DNA from: Octopus sinensis
Lineage: Eukaryota
Direction of reading: 5' to 3'
DNA: 64,000 nt
NCBI RefSeq assembly: GCF_006345805.1
Contig: NC_042999.1
Location: 129,270,001-129,334,000, forward strand
Part shown: piece after piece, positions 63,301 through 64,000 of the stretch
Layout: each line of letters begins with the position of its first letter
Numbering within the stretch: position 1 is the first letter of the stretch
Notes under the pieces: model-generated
Told to the model about the DNA's origin: nothing
Database searches by the model: none
The model's input: only the letters and a program-made list of their open reading frames with translations
Translations under genes and position numbers: made by a program

Positions 63301-64000
63301 AATCATGTTTGAGGAAATGGACCAAACGTCTTTTGATCGTTCAACTCCAGGTATAGTACTTTTCATGTTCACTTTATGACATCTTTTACTTTAGACTCTA
63401 AAATTCTAAGTTTGTAGTCAAGTTAGCGTTGCAAACTAAAGAAAATAAAAAATAAACTAAGCCTTTTGAATTTGTTTTGATTTCACAAATATTGTATCTT
63501 TTAATTAAAAATAGGAATGTAAAATAATTTATATAAAAATTATAATTGTTGTCATATTTTACTGTGGTAATTAGATGTTAATATCTAATGTTTTAAAAGC
63601 AAGAATATTTACTGTACATTTCACATTTTGTTCTTATTTCTTGTTGTTTATTTACTTAAATCAAAATTGTTCTTTTGCAGACATGCCTGATACATTTTCC
63701 ATTGATATTGGTAGTATCAAAGACTACTTTGGAACTGGTGAAAAAAAAATCAAAGACTTCCTAGGAAATGGAAATAAATCATTTAAAGATTTTCTGGGAA
63801 TTGAAGAGAAGCAAGTCCTAGGTACTGAAGACCTGACAGCTACCGATACTCTTGAGAATATCAGTCCAAAAGAATCTGTAGATATTCTTGCTGAAAATAT
63901 TAATGAAATTTCTGAGCGCAAAGAAATGTTAGATATATGTGCTGAAGCTGAAGCTAGGGAGGTTCTTGGAGACAATGAAATGATCTCAGAACTTGATCCT
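56997..64000 (+). CDS. OPA1: OPA1 (dynamin-like 120 kDa mitochondrial GTPase), 5'-partial gene running off the window: join of 56997-57368, 60802-60942, 63257-63350, 63681->64000
   Basis: A basic, Ser/Arg-rich mitochondrial presequence is followed by RLLKVRYILVGGTIGGGYTISK|KYEEFKDQLPD. This matches the recalled OPA1 TM region (human [22 protein letters not shown]; fly-like KYEEWKDGLPD). Splice phases 0/0/1 are consistent. Confidence 0.92.
59458..59765 (+). mobile_element. SINE family D (tggcttagtggtt..gctccagtccactcagctgg); others at about 3745-3975(-), 6160-6380, 18315-18650
   Basis: tRNA-like head and a conserved core; multicopy. Confidence 0.75.
60181..60555 (+). mobile_element. SINE family A (tRNA-like head gctgtgtggtaagaag..ggttcagtcccact, central microsatellite), most complete copy. 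Others at about 980-1215(-), 5410-5740(-), 5815-6030(-), 6385-6777(-), 15960-16170, 19438-19620, 34445-34745, 37220-37470(-), 40003-40170, 51115-51710, 58583-58720, 61305-61480
   Basis: Repeated many times in both orientations, with A/B-box-like head motifs. Confidence 0.85.
60802..60942 (+). CDS. OPA1: OPA1 coding exon 2 (KYEEFKDQLPDTSWLHDYLPKQEHIDKLKELTASFREQTSQIKLPEL)
   Basis: Long pyrimidine tract plus cag acceptor, gtaagt donor; 141 nt, phase 0/0. Confidence 0.92.
62047..63011 (+). mobile_element. Degraded RTE LINE 3' fragment in OPA1 intron 2
   Basis: Homologous to the RT C-terminus of the 24.9-25.4 kb element (ORF 62257..62508), but with premature stops, diverged repeat units and a (GAT)n tail. 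Confidence 0.92.
63257..63350 (+). CDS. OPA1: Probable OPA1 coding exon 3 (EFLNEDNVKNFPSAEIMFEEMDQTSFDRSTP), acidic
   Basis: ttatag acceptor, cag|gtatag donor; 94 nt. It supplies exactly the phase 0 to 1 bridge needed to open the next exon. Confidence 0.75.
63681..64000 (+). CDS. OPA1: Probable OPA1 coding exon 4 (partial; DMPDTFSIDIGSIKDYFG...ISELDP), acidic, open to the window end
   Basis: ttttgcag acceptor; open for 106 codons in the phase-1 frame, while the phase-0 frame hits TAG. Confidence 0.8.

Overview
AT-rich, microsatellite- and SINE-dense animal genomic DNA. The repeat families suggest an octopus or other coleoid cephalopod, which is inference rather than something shown. Two head-to-head protein genes were reconstructed by hand from splice sites. 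On the minus strand is a complete GTF2H2 (TFIIH p44/Ssl1) with 14 coding exons from 42359 down to 16661, totalling 1212 nt or 403 aa, all GT-AG with consistent phases. On the plus strand are the first four coding exons of OPA1 (mitochondrial dynamin-like GTPase), from 56997 to the window end. A CpG-retaining zone at about 44.3-46.5 kb is the likely shared bidirectional promoter. Exons near 4.4-4.9 kb may be the 3' end of a third, unidentified plus-strand gene. The rest is transposon-derived: a young 5'-truncated RTE LINE with an unbroken RT frame, many RTE 3' ends, a decayed full-length mariner, Penelope, R4/Dong-like, Jockey/CR1-like and gag relics, Helitron/piggyBac/hAT/Tc1 MITEs and at least three SINE families. 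The most interesting observations are: a branch point plus acceptor at the RTE 5' junction that is in frame with GTF2H2 exon 9 (possible p44-RT chimera); a 14-unit alternating hairpin array in an RTE 3' UTR; a PHD-type finger inside the RTE ORF; an acidic OPA1 insertion with 11-residue repeats; and a TTAA-flanked foldback element with nested palindromes. No prokaryotic system, CRISPR array, rRNA or genuine tRNA was seen.
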